Positions 1-7,854 are shown, counted from the first letter of the stretch. The stretch is 32,000 nucleotides of DNA from Candidatus Saccharimonadota bacterium (GCA_016699955.1 CP064993.1:180001-212000); one strand, 5' to 3'. Program-made: numbers and translations. Notes: generated by a model from the letters alone, not told the origin.

Positions 1-250
1 GTATTTCGGGCATGGCTTCTTGACCGTCCGGTCGCATGGCAGTACCAGTTGCTTCCATACCAGCCGTAACAGCACCAGACGAGACTAGTGGCACATGGTA
101 ACCTTGTTGTCTGAGATTAAGAACTTGAGCGCAAATAAGCTTCATGGAATCACGGTCTAGTAACTCACGGCCGGCTTCGTGGCGAAACATAGAGGTAGTA
201 CCAATTTTAACGACCACAACCTTATCAAGTTGTTCAGATGTTTTTGACAT
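1..250 (-). CDS. proB: glutamate 5-kinase (amino-acid kinase family), N-terminal 83 codons; the gene runs off the left edge
   Basis: Minus-strand ATG at 250-248. Translation is MSKTSEQLDKVVVVKIGTTSMFRH...HVPLVSSGAVTAGMEATG. The VVKIGT and VSSGAVxAG motifs are typical of ProB/AAK kinases. Not in the ORF track because it is truncated by the window edge. Confidence 0.6.
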   Translation of the reverse strand, partial: MSKTSEQLDKVVVVKIGTTSMFRHEAGRELLDRDSMKLICAQVLNLRQQGYHVPLVSSGAVTAGMEATGTAMRPDGQEAMPEI

Positions 251-323
251 TTATATACAATACGATTTTTAGTCGTAATAATATAGTTAAAAACAGTAAA
301 GTTTGCTACCTACTGGCTCATCT

Positions 324-1784
324 CTACCAAAGCTGCTGGTATTTGGCTGCGGACTGTGGCATGTACGTGTTCGGGTACAACTCGAACTGGGTCCCATAGC
401 CAGCGACGTTGAAGACAACGTCATACAGCAGGTTCCCAGGTCCTGTGCCTCCGTTAGCGGTCATCCAGTCGTACATGTATTGGAACCAGTTCGGCGCTTC
501 ACCGGCGCTGGCAGCGTTGCTCCACTCACAGAGCGCTATTGGCTTGCCATGCTGCGCCGCAAACAGGCGATACTGTTCGATACCCATAGGGCCGCCGTTT
601 GATGTTCGGTTGATATGCGTGTTAAATGCTGACAGGTTGTTAGTACCAGATCCTTCCCAGTTATAGTAGTCGACACCAACTACGTCTACGTACTGGTCTC
701 CAGGCCATGTAGTGCGCACGTCGTAACCCTGGTGAGTGCCGTCGTTTGGACACCAGACGGTCTTCGCGCCAGGAAAGTGAATCCGGACGAGGTTAGCCCA
801 GCGTGCCCACGCAGTTTTAAAGTTGTTGACGTTACCAGGGGTCACAGACCACGGATACCACGTGCCATTAAACTCGTGTGCAAATCGGATGTGCATCTTC
901 GTCGCGTCACGAGCGCCCCACGCGTTCTTGAGCGTGGTTAGTTGAGAGGTCCAACGTGAGTCAAACGCTCCAGAGGCAGCGGATCCCCACGCACCGCTCT
1001 CGCTGTTCAAGAAGGCGCCGATAGCCCAGTCCATGGCGGGGATGTTACCGTAAGGCGCCCCCGAAGGCACGAACCAACTAACTGATGCAATGTGGTTCCC
1101 TTCTGTGTCCTGTGCGGCCCAAGAGCCGCCGATCTCCACAGGACGGCCACGCCAGGCGGCAAAGCTGCCGTTCGCCGTGGTTGCAGCTTCGGACTGGCCG
1201 GATATCCACGTGCCTGTGCCTACGCCGCCAGTCGTCGTACCATTTGTATTTACGGTACTGGTCGTGCCGCCGCCCTGCAAATTGCCTGTGAGCGCGTAGG
1301 AATAGTTTGTGCCAAGGGTAAGACCAGTGTCAGTATAGGTAGTTGCTCCGGCAGCCGGGTTGGCTATGGTAGAACCACCGCGGTTAAGCGTGTAGTTAGT
1401 GAGAGTCGCGCCGCTATATGCCCAGGATAAACTAACAGTAGTATCGGTAGTAGCCGTAACCATAAAGTTAGATATGAAATTGCCGACACCGGATATAAGG
1501 AGTGAGACGGTATCGCTATAACCATCACCTGAGACAGTAAAGTTATATGTTGAGCCGGTGACTAAGAAATTAAATGTCGTCTCGCGCACCGCACCGCCGA
1601 CTGTTCCTGACCATGGCCCGGTGCCTTCGGAATCCACTCCGTCGCGGCCTACCGTCCAGCCACCTGCAGGGTTAAGCGCTGTCGTCCATGTCAGTTTAGC
1701 CTGACCGCTGCCAAGATACGTTATCTGGGCCGATAATATACTAACGGGATTTGCCCTCATACGACGTCTGGCGCTATTACTCAT
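324..1784 (-). CDS. glycoside hydrolase with N-terminal FN3-like modules and a GH26-like (beta-mannanase-type) catalytic domain
   Basis: 486-aa ORF. An FN3-like segment reads VTATTDTTVSLSWAYSG...TTYTDTGLTLGTNYSYALTG. The C-terminal domain has IRFAHEFNGTWYPW (resembles the GH26 acid/base HExNGxWFWW motif) and IALCEWS (candidate nucleophile Glu). The family assignment is by motif only. Confidence 0.6.
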   Translation of the reverse strand: MSNSARRRMRANPVSILSAQITYLGSGQAKLTWTTALNPAGGWTVGRDGVDSEGTGPWSGTVGGAVRETTFNFLVTGSTYNFTVSGDGYSDTVSLLISGVGNFISNFMVTATTDTTVSLSWAYSGATLTNYTLNRGGSTIANPAAGATTYTDTGLTLGTNYSYALTGNLQGGGTTSTVNTNGTTTGGVGTGTWISGQSEAATTANGSFAAWRGRPVEIGGSWAAQDTEGNHIASVSWFVPSGAPYGNIPAMDWAIGAFLNSESGAWGSAASGAFDSRWTSQLTTLKNAWGARDATKMHIRFAHEFNGTWYPWSVTPGNVNNFKTAWARWANLVRIHFPGAKTVWCPNDGTHQGYDVRTTWPGDQYVDVVGVDYYNWEGSGTNNLSAFNTHINRTSNGGPMGIEQYRLFAAQHGKPIALCEWSNAASAGEAPNWFQYMYDWMTANGGTGPGNLLYDVVFNVAGYGTQFELYPNTYMPQSAAKYQQLW

Positions 1785-1843
1785 ACTATACAGGGTATCT
1801 TACATGCTTATATTTAGCTACATGATTATGCCGAACCGGGGTT

Positions 1844-2542
1844 CTACGTATTGAAGTAGCAGTCAAGCAAACTCGTAGCCAGTAATTGCAACGTGTCAAT
1901 TATCGTATCGTTATTTAAGCTTTCGCCGTACACTAGCGGCAGTTCGGTGCAACCCAAAATTACAGTGTCTAGCTTATTGATTTGCCTAAACTTATTTACT
2001 GCTTGTTTGAACGTTTGTTGTTCATTTTTGTTTAGGGTGCCACTGAGCTGTTTATATATGTAGCTCTCAATTTGCCGAGAAAAATCACGCTGTGGTCGCA
2101 CAATTTTAGCAATGTCAGCAAGAGCCTCATCGTAGAGCGTGGAACTTAAAGTCGTGGGCGTAGCTAACAGACCTACTCGCTTGTAGCCAGCAGTTTTAGC
2201 TTGTTCTGCAACAAGTCTGGGTATGGATAGGAACGGCACTTTAGTAACAGCCTGTAATTCAGGCAGTAGTATGTGTGCCGTATTGCAAGCAATACCGTTG
2301 ACCGTACAGCCAGCTTTTTCAAGTAGCTTGGTACGCTCAATGAGCATTTGTTTGGCTTTTGGTAGTTCGTTTTTGTTTGATATGAAGTTGGGTACGGGTA
2401 CGTTCAGTAGCACAATCTCTGGGTAATCGTCAAGTGCAGCAGGAGTATATTCCTGCGTACCTTTAATAATTAACTCGTATAGTTTTGCACTAGCTTGAGG
2501 TCCCATACCGCCAAGTATTCCAATGGCGGACATAGTAAACAC
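1844..2542 (-). CDS. aspartate/glutamate racemase family protein (aspartate racemase-like)
   Basis: 232 aa with GILGGMGPQAS near the N-terminus. The two catalytic-Cys motifs IACNTAH and LGCTELPL are typical of the Asp/Glu racemase family. Confidence 0.8.
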   Translation of the reverse strand: MFTMSAIGILGGMGPQASAKLYELIIKGTQEYTPAALDDYPEIVLLNVPVPNFISNKNELPKAKQMLIERTKLLEKAGCTVNGIACNTAHILLPELQAVTKVPFLSIPRLVAEQAKTAGYKRVGLLATPTTLSSTLYDEALADIAKIVRPQRDFSRQIESYIYKQLSGTLNKNEQQTFKQAVNKFRQINKLDTVILGCTELPLVYGESLNNDTIIDTLQLLATSLLDCYFNT

Positions 2543-2744
2543 TCCTAGTTAAGTAAATAGAAAAGATTCAAATAGTATTTTTATAAATAGGGCTTTAAGC
2601 CCAGTGCAAGAGGTGCCGAGAAAACGAGGCTGTAACTGGTAGGAAATTGTTGCTCAATTTCATAAACAATATTGTAACATATCTTTGACCACATAATTCT
2701 GGTAAAATGAGGCCTACACATAAAACTTAAAAAAGAGAACACTA

Positions 2745-2948
2745 ATGTCTAAAAAAGAGCCCAAACTAAATCCACTGACCATTCCTGGGTATTTATTTAT
2801 CCTCTTAATATCCTTCCTGACTATGCCGTATCTACCGCGGCCGACAGATCCACTTGGCTGGGGTCTTGTTACGGCGGCATATTGTTTGGTAGTTGGATTG
2901 CTGGGTGGTGGATGGTGGTGGCTGTCGAGTAAGTTCGCCGGAAAATAG
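2745..2948 (+). CDS. small hypothetical membrane protein (two predicted TM segments)
   Basis: 67-aa ORF with two hydrophobic stretches (YLFILLISFLTM and LVTAAYCLVVGLLGGGWWWL). An extended -10-like TGGTAAAAT lies at 2700-2708, 37 nt upstream. It competes with an antisense 103-aa ORF that looks non-coding. Confidence 0.35.
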   Translation: MSKKEPKLNPLTIPGYLFILLISFLTMPYLPRPTDPLGWGLVTAAYCLVVGLLGGGWWWLSSKFAGK

Positions 2949-3076
2949 TTATTTATTAAATATAAATGGCTCAAAATGTGGTTTAGCAGCGGCCTTGAGT
3001 GAGAAGTGCCGGTGGCGCTTCTCAAGAACTACCGATTTTTGACACTATTCCCCCTGTGGTGTTGGCTTAATAAATC

Positions 3077-3421
3077 TCAAATTTCTTTGTTAAAGCGTTT
3101 TGCAATATCTGTATTTAATTTCTTATGCCAGTCTTCAGTGTACGTCCGCGCATTTCTCAACAGTTCGTCCGAAAATGTTGCAACGTCATTGCCAGTAATC
3201 TCTAGCACATGCTTGTTATTTGCATTACCTTCCTCAAATAGTTCGAGTAAATCCTTAAAAATAGCTATCATGTCCATGCCTGAACCAGCAGCGTGATTCC
3301 ACATATAATGCTGAATTTTGTGGTACACAAATGTGTAGTCTTCTGGAAGTGCTTTTGCGCGTGCTTCCATGGCTCGCCATTCTTTTTTGTCACCAATCAA
3401 TTTCTCAAGTATATTTACCAT
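3077..3421 (-). CDS. DUF1048-family protein (typically paired with PadR regulators)
   Basis: 114 aa, LIGDKKEWRAMEARAKALPEDYTFVYHKIQHYMW...LELFEEG...VLEITGNDVATFSDELL. Matches my recollection of DUF1048 proteins. Its start abuts the stop of the upstream PadR gene. Confidence 0.7.
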   Translation of the reverse strand: MVNILEKLIGDKKEWRAMEARAKALPEDYTFVYHKIQHYMWNHAAGSGMDMIAIFKDLLELFEEGNANNKHVLEITGNDVATFSDELLRNARTYTEDWHKKLNTDIAKRFNKEI

Positions 3422-3772
3422 TTAACCCTCCTTTAATTCATTAATCTTCGATGATACAAAGTTCCATTTTGCCCAAAACTTTCCAAGCTCCTCCTTGCCG
3501 AGTTTAGTTAAACTATAGAACTTACGGGGTGGGCCTACTACGGAGGGCTTCTTTTCTGTACTGACGTATCCGTTCTTTTCTAGGCGGAGCAAGATTGTGT
3601 AGACCGTGCCCTCTACAACGTCCTTAAAACCAAGTCTTCTTAATTGCTGAGTTATGTCGTATCCATAAGTAGGACTGCGACTGATAACTTCAAGTACGCA
3701 GCCCTCCAGAACGCCTTTTAGTAATTCAGTTATGTTGTTCAAATGGATGATTCCTTTACTATATAGTAACAC
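3422..3772 (-). CDS. PadR-family winged-helix transcriptional regulator
   Basis: LLKGVLEGCVLEVISRSPTYGYDITQQL...VEGTVYTILLRLEKNGYV...YSLTKLGKEEL is the canonical PadR core. The track start is GTG at 3772. TTG at 3742, preceded by AAGGA, gives the more typical N-terminus MNNITELLKG. Confidence 0.85.
   Translation of the reverse strand: MLLYSKGIIHLNNITELLKGVLEGCVLEVISRSPTYGYDITQQLRRLGFKDVVEGTVYTILLRLEKNGYVSTEKKPSVVGPPRKFYSLTKLGKEELGKFWAKWNFVSSKINELKEG
3757..3768. promoter_or_regulatory. perfect 12-bp palindrome TACTATATAGTA with nearby TACTAC/GTAGTA inverted repeats; candidate PadR operator
   Basis: The palindrome was read directly. It lies just upstream of the likely PadR start (TTG at 3742), in the divergent promoter region shared with the 3948 gene. 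More ACTAC/GTAGT half-sites occur at 3775-3800. Confidence 0.3.
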
Positions 3773-3929
3773 TTACTACCACTACATAGTACCACGTAGT
3801 AGCAAATGCAGTCAATAAACAAATTACACGCATTTCGCAGTTCCCTGTGCTGGGCTTACAAAAGAACTCCCGAGGAAATGAGATGCCCGGTGCAGATTAT
3901 TCCGTAAGTCGAGTATACCTAAGGGTGGC

Positions 3930-3938
3930 TGGTATAAT
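3930..3938 (+). promoter_or_regulatory. extended -10 element TGGTATAAT
   Basis: TGnTATAAT was read directly. It ends 9 nt before ATG 3948, which implies a leaderless or near-leaderless mRNA. Confidence 0.45.
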
Positions 3939-3947
3939 GTAAGGGCA

Positions 3948-4547
3948 ATGCCAAAACACAAAAGGACAATGTACACTGACTACACCAAACTGCAAAAAAA
4001 GTGGCGGCGTTGGAAGTACAAAAATACGGCGCTGCTGGTTATAAGCCTGGTGGCGTTTATTTGGCTGGCTCAGACGCCACAGGTCGACTCAGTCGTCAAA
4101 AGCGTGGGCGATCTGGGCTACGTAGGAGCGTTGCTTACAGGAATGTTTTTTGTTTCAACTTTCACAGTTGCACCGGCTGCTGTGGTGCTGTTTCACCTCG
4201 CCACAGTACTCCACCCAGTAGAAGTTGCACTTTTAGCTGGTTTTGGCGCTATGGTAGGCGATTACATCATTTTTCGTTTTATGAAAGACCGCGTATTTGC
4301 CGAGTTACTGCCACTCGTCCACAAGCTACAAACACCGCGGCTAAAAATACTATTTAAAAGCCCGTATTTTGCTTGGGTGCTACCAGTGGTTGGCGCATTT
4401 GTCATTGCCTCTCCCCTGCCCGACGAAGTTGGCGTGAGCATGCTGGGGCTGAGCCGTGTCAAAAAATGGCAGTTTTTTCTGCTGGCCTTCGTCCTCAACA
4501 CTATCGGCATATTCATCGTGATCTCCGCGGCACGTCTAACTCATTAA
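3948..4547 (+). CDS. hypothetical multi-pass membrane protein
   Basis: 199-aa ORF with a basic N-terminus (KKWRRWKYK) followed by about five hydrophobic segments. No family recognised. Confidence 0.7.
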   Translation: MPKHKRTMYTDYTKLQKKWRRWKYKNTALLVISLVAFIWLAQTPQVDSVVKSVGDLGYVGALLTGMFFVSTFTVAPAAVVLFHLATVLHPVEVALLAGFGAMVGDYIIFRFMKDRVFAELLPLVHKLQTPRLKILFKSPYFAWVLPVVGAFVIASPLPDEVGVSMLGLSRVKKWQFFLLAFVLNTIGIFIVISAARLTH

Positions 4548-4551
4548 AAAA

Positions 4552-4578
4552 GCACGGTGTTTAAAGCCGTGCTTTTTT
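4552..4578. terminator. bidirectional rho-independent terminator between convergent genes
   Basis: AAAAAA-GCACGG-tgtttaaag-CCGTGC-TTTTTT. A 6-bp GC-rich stem is flanked by an A-run and a T-run, between the 3948-4547(+) and 4602-5327(-) genes. Confidence 0.7.
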
Positions 4579-4601
4579 GGATATGCAGTTATTTATTGCT
4601 G

Positions 4602-5327
4602 CTAAATACTCGGCACCGTAACCACGCGATGATGCTTGCTGGCTTCGTTGCTTTGAAAGTATGCCACGCACTGACCTTGATTTTTGAACGGCTTAGAGTC
4701 GCTTGTACTCAAATCTTTCCAGCCATTTTTCTTACAATCGCTTGACACTGTTGGTTCAGAAACGAGTACCCCATTGACCCTAACGTTATCGATATAAGTT
4801 GAGCCTGTTTCGTCAATCATTATTTCTAAGTAGTCAACTGTAACTCCACTGGGAACGACTGGGAAACTTTGGGTAGGGTTTGACACGTCAAGATCAACTC
4901 TTGTCCAGCCGTTGCCCAAATCTGTTTGAGTTCCATTGCCGCAACCACCAACAAAGTAAAGGTTACTATCACTGCCCACTAGATTGAACCGTGGTGATCC
5001 GCCCGTACATAGTCCACCGTTTTTATATTCAAAACTGAGCGTTTCTACCGTTGCGCCTGCTACATTTTCAATTGTTGCTCCTGCCGCAACACAGTCGGTA
5101 AGTGGCACATTTTTTTCCAAATACAGCGACGGGGCTGGATTGCCGACCAAGCCATCCATACGAGCTACGGCGCCCCCAGGCGTGCCTTCGCTTCCGCAAT
5201 CTGCTACCGTTCCGACATACGTCCAAGGCGCGAGTTTGTAACTTGAAGCAGCGCTTGCAAAAGGAGCTGCGACAAAGACAATTGCACAGGCAGCCAAAAG
5301 ACTAAGTTTGATAATAGATTTTTTCAT
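4602..5327 (-). CDS. secreted hypothetical protein (signal peptide)
   Basis: The likely start is the MKK ATG at 5327, with GGAGGG 7 nt upstream. Signal peptide MKKSIIKLSLLAACAIVFVAAPFASA. The mature part has no recognised family. Confidence 0.75.
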   Translation of the reverse strand: MKKSIIKLSLLAACAIVFVAAPFASAASSYKLAPWTYVGTVADCGSEGTPGGAVARMDGLVGNPAPSLYLEKNVPLTDCVAAGATIENVAGATVETLSFEYKNGGLCTGGSPRFNLVGSDSNLYFVGGCGNGTQTDLGNGWTRVDLDVSNPTQSFPVVPSGVTVDYLEIMIDETGSTYIDNVRVNGVLVSEPTVSSDCKKNGWKDLSTSDSKPFKNQGQCVAYFQSNEASKHHRVVTVPSI

Positions 5328-5720
5328 AGTTGAACCCTCCAACGTTTAATAAGTTTCAAACTCGACTTACGATAGAACTCTCCCCCCTTTCAGACTCACT
5401 AGGAGCATTCACATGCCACCTTTCTCTTGTTTGGCGGAATTACGGCTCCACCTCATCCAGAGAAAATGTCTTCTGACTTGCTCCCAGACGACACTGAAGA
5501 CGGGGTGTTTTCGGAAGTCGTGTTTACTATACCTGTTAATAATGCTTGCCGCTGTAATCAGGCTTACTAAACATAAGTGCATCTAGAAAAATGTTGCATA
5601 TCGTACGATTTGTGCTACTATACAGTTCGTGTCAAAGACAACTTTCAGCTTTAGCTTTTTTACCACCCCTTCTAAAGGAGGCCGTGTAAGCTTGTAGCAA
5701 AAACAACCAAGCAACTACCC

Positions 5721-5742
5721 GCCTCCACCAGGAGGCTTTTTT
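5721..5742 (+). terminator. rho-independent terminator hairpin (GCCTCC-acca-GGAGGC-TTTTTT) with an upstream competing GGAGGC arm
   Basis: Read directly. A second GGAGGC at 5677-5682 could pair with GCCTCC (5721-5726) as an antiterminator. Confidence 0.6.
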
Positions 5743-5764
5743 AATACATGAGAAAGTAACACAA

Positions 5765-6851
5765 TCACGCATTTCGCACTTTAACTCCCAACCTGCATAA
5801 TTAGTAGCAGGGCGTTAGCCCTGCAAAACTAAGCAGGATAAAATAAACATGTCTCGATCAAAATGTTCTCGCGATCTGTATTGTGCTTTCTTGGAAGTAA
5901 CATCAGATAGATATTCAGCATTGTCACTGAGCGAAGTTGCTCCAGATGGATCGACACTGTCACATGACAGCATCTCTCGTTGGCTTGCAGACGAAAAGGT
6001 ACAGCCCAAGGATCTGTGGCAGGCTGCTAAATCTGAGGTAGCCTCTAAACCTGGTATCCTTGTCTTTGATGATGTAGTCATAGACAAAAGTCGTAGTGGT
6101 AAAACTGAATTAGTAAACTGGCAGTATGCCGGCTCGAAGCACGACATAACTAAAGGTATTGGTGTAGTTAATGCCTTATGGCAAACCAGTAAAGAAGACT
6201 ACATACCGATGGACTACCGTATATGGAATCCGTCGGAAGATGGCAAGACTAAAAACAACCATTTCAGGGATATGCTGACAGCTGTGAAACAGCGTCAACT
6301 TACGCCTGAAATGGTTGTTGCCGACAGCTGGTATTCCAGTCTAGATAACCTTAAAGCCACTCGCTCTCATGGCTGGGATTGGGTGATGGGGTTACGTAGC
6401 AACCGTTTGGTCAACAAACCACATGTACAGATTAAAACCCTCGAGATACCAGATGAAGGTCTGGTCGTACACCTCAAAGGATACGGATGGATCAAGCTAT
6501 TCCGGTTCGTGACCAAACACGGTCGCACTGATTACATTGGTACTAGCAAGCTCGATCTATCCAGGAGCCAAGTCAAAGAGTACTTTGAAAGACGTTGGAG
6601 CGTCGAAGTGTTGCATCGTGAACTCAAACAAACCTGTGGTTTTACTCGCTGTCTGGCCAACACTGGCCGAGCACAGAGAAACCACATTGGGCTCTCTATG
6701 CTCACCTGGATACAAAGACACAAAAGAAGATCTCAGGACAGGCTAAACAATAGACAAAACAGCATGTACCAACAAAAGTGGGAGGTCATAAAACCGAGCA
6801 TCCAGCTAGCGCTGGCTGCTCGTATGCGTGGTTAAGGTGCGAAATGCGTGA
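5765..6851 (+). mobile_element. insertion sequence, about 1087 bp, IS4/IS701-like, with 21-bp terminal inverted repeats
   Basis: IRL is TCACGCATTTCGCACTTTAAC (5765-5785). IRR is GTTAAGGTGCGAAATGCGTGA (6831-6851). They match 20/21 as reverse complements. A single DDE transposase ORF lies inside. A possible 3-bp flanking duplication CAA (5762-5764 and 6852-6854) is too short to be certain. Confidence 0.75.
5849..6835 (+). CDS. DDE transposase (IS4/IS701-like)
   Basis: 328 aa. LVFDDVVIDKS (first D), VVADSWYSS (second D) and YFERRWSVEVLHRELKQTCGF (the RW-x-E-x5-K region typical of IS4-superfamily transposases). The stop codon lies inside IRR. Confidence 0.85.
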   Translation: MSRSKCSRDLYCAFLEVTSDRYSALSLSEVAPDGSTLSHDSISRWLADEKVQPKDLWQAAKSEVASKPGILVFDDVVIDKSRSGKTELVNWQYAGSKHDITKGIGVVNALWQTSKEDYIPMDYRIWNPSEDGKTKNNHFRDMLTAVKQRQLTPEMVVADSWYSSLDNLKATRSHGWDWVMGLRSNRLVNKPHVQIKTLEIPDEGLVVHLKGYGWIKLFRFVTKHGRTDYIGTSKLDLSRSQVKEYFERRWSVEVLHRELKQTCGFTRCLANTGRAQRNHIGLSMLTWIQRHKRRSQDRLNNRQNSMYQQKWEVIKPSIQLALAARMRG

Positions 6852-7714
6852 CAATGTCAGAAAACTTACGTGTCGGCATCCAAACTCAAGCCCCAGGCTC
6901 GTACCATAGCATCGCTGGACAAGGGCTTATTGGTAATCAAAAATATGATGAAGTATGGTACCGGGATTTTCCGTCATTGTACCGTGGTCTACATAAAGGC
7001 CAAGTTGACTGGGCTGTCGCTGCGTATAGCACAGTAACCGGCAAGGCCCAGCGTTCCGTAGATGAGCTCATTAACCCGGAACTTAGAAGTTGGGCTCACA
7101 AGAGAGGTTTGTTACCAGTTGAGATTAACCTTGTCGCAGGTAGTGCGGAGGTTTCATTAGACGAAGTACGGGCAGCTATTGGACATAAAGAGGTTCGGGT
7201 ATACACACAACTTGAGGCCTACATGCAGTGTGTAAAAAAACTAAAGAGTATACTACCGGGTGCGATGCATGTAATTGTTGATGATACTGCTGGGGGTGTT
7301 CAGCAGGTAGTCGAAGGAGGCAATTCGTTCCACCTTGCCCTTGCTAGCCCTCATGCTGCGGCAGCTAACGGCGGTACTGTTATTTCCGACCGATTAAACA
7401 GTGCCCATGCAGTCACCAGCTTCATGCTTCTCTCCCGTGAGCCTGTACCCAACGATGCGGCAACCAGTAGTCTGTTTGTCGTCCAAGAAAAAGGAGATAA
7501 GCCCGGTGGACTCATGCCCATTTACGCCGCACTAGCAGAACGTGGTATTAATCTTGCCTATTTTGAAGGTTTAAAAGAACTTGGACGGTTCGTGATCGAG
7601 GCCGAGGCGGGTCTACATACACCTCAGATGCGTGATGCAATTATTGAAATTGAACAGCACGCTGCATCTGTTCGTATAGTCGGTAGTTTCAATGATGTAC
7701 AACTTGCGGCCTAG
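6848..7714 (+). CDS. divergent prephenate dehydratase-like protein (PDT domain + C-terminal ACT-like domain)
   Basis: Collinear with the PheA PDT-ACT layout. GSYHSIAG corresponds to GAYSEXAA, VTSFMLLSREP to NxTRFxxL, and KPGGLMPIYAALAERGINLAYFEG...FVIEAEAGLH to the ACT domain. The ESRP motif is absent. ATG 6854 is an alternative start; GTG 6848 lies inside the IS right repeat. Confidence 0.6.
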   Translation: MTMSENLRVGIQTQAPGSYHSIAGQGLIGNQKYDEVWYRDFPSLYRGLHKGQVDWAVAAYSTVTGKAQRSVDELINPELRSWAHKRGLLPVEINLVAGSAEVSLDEVRAAIGHKEVRVYTQLEAYMQCVKKLKSILPGAMHVIVDDTAGGVQQVVEGGNSFHLALASPHAAAANGGTVISDRLNSAHAVTSFMLLSREPVPNDAATSSLFVVQEKGDKPGGLMPIYAALAERGINLAYFEGLKELGRFVIEAEAGLHTPQMRDAIIEIEQHAASVRIVGSFNDVQLAA

Positions 7715-7756
7715 CATATGTCACCGGTAATAATTGAGTAATCATCAGTAGTAGGC

Positions 7757-7762
7757 TATAAT
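7757..7762 (+). promoter_or_regulatory. -10 box TATAAT for tRNA-Phe
   Basis: TATAATTTAG lies 13 nt upstream of the tRNA 5' end. The same TATAATTTAG string precedes tRNA-Pro at 30868. Confidence 0.5.
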
Positions 7763-7774
7763 TTAGCCCAATGT

Positions 7775-7850
7775 GGCTCTTTAGCTCAGTTGGTAGAGCA
7801 GAGGCCTGAAGAGCCTTGTGTCCCCAGTTCGAGTCTGGGAGGAGCCACCA
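7775..7850 (+). tRNA. tRNA-Phe (anticodon GAA), CCA encoded
   Basis: Hand-folded cloverleaf. Acceptor GGCTCTT/AGGAGCC, D arm GCTC-AGTTGGTA-GAGC, anticodon arm GAGGC-CTGAAGA-GCCTT, T arm CCCAG-TTCGAGT-CTGGG, then ACCA. Confidence 0.9.
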
Positions 7851-7854
7851 AAAA

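Noticed and set aside
1085-1430. Plus-strand ORFs (68-112 aa) inside the GH26-like gene. Similar antisense ORFs occur inside other genes, for example 14043-14624, 20217-20645, 22162-22614, 26472-26825 and 29513-29950.
   Set aside because: They are shadow ORFs opposite long, motif-supported genes. Their translations are Arg/Pro/Ser/Cys-rich with no recognisable domains.
5661-5669. TACCACCCC is the reverse complement of GGGGTGGTA, which resembles the T-box core GGGUGGUACCGCG on the minus strand.
   Set aside because: Only 8 nt match. The ACCGCG continuation, the specifier-loop context and other T-box elements are absent. The downstream minus-strand gene is a secreted protein unrelated to amino-acid metabolism.
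5719-5730. CCGCCTCCACCA resembles the 3' acceptor end of tmRNA.
   Set aside because: No T-arm (GGTTCGAnTCC) precedes it, no matching 5' GGGG acceptor strand is present and there is no tag reading frame. The string is better explained as one arm and the loop of a terminator hairpin.
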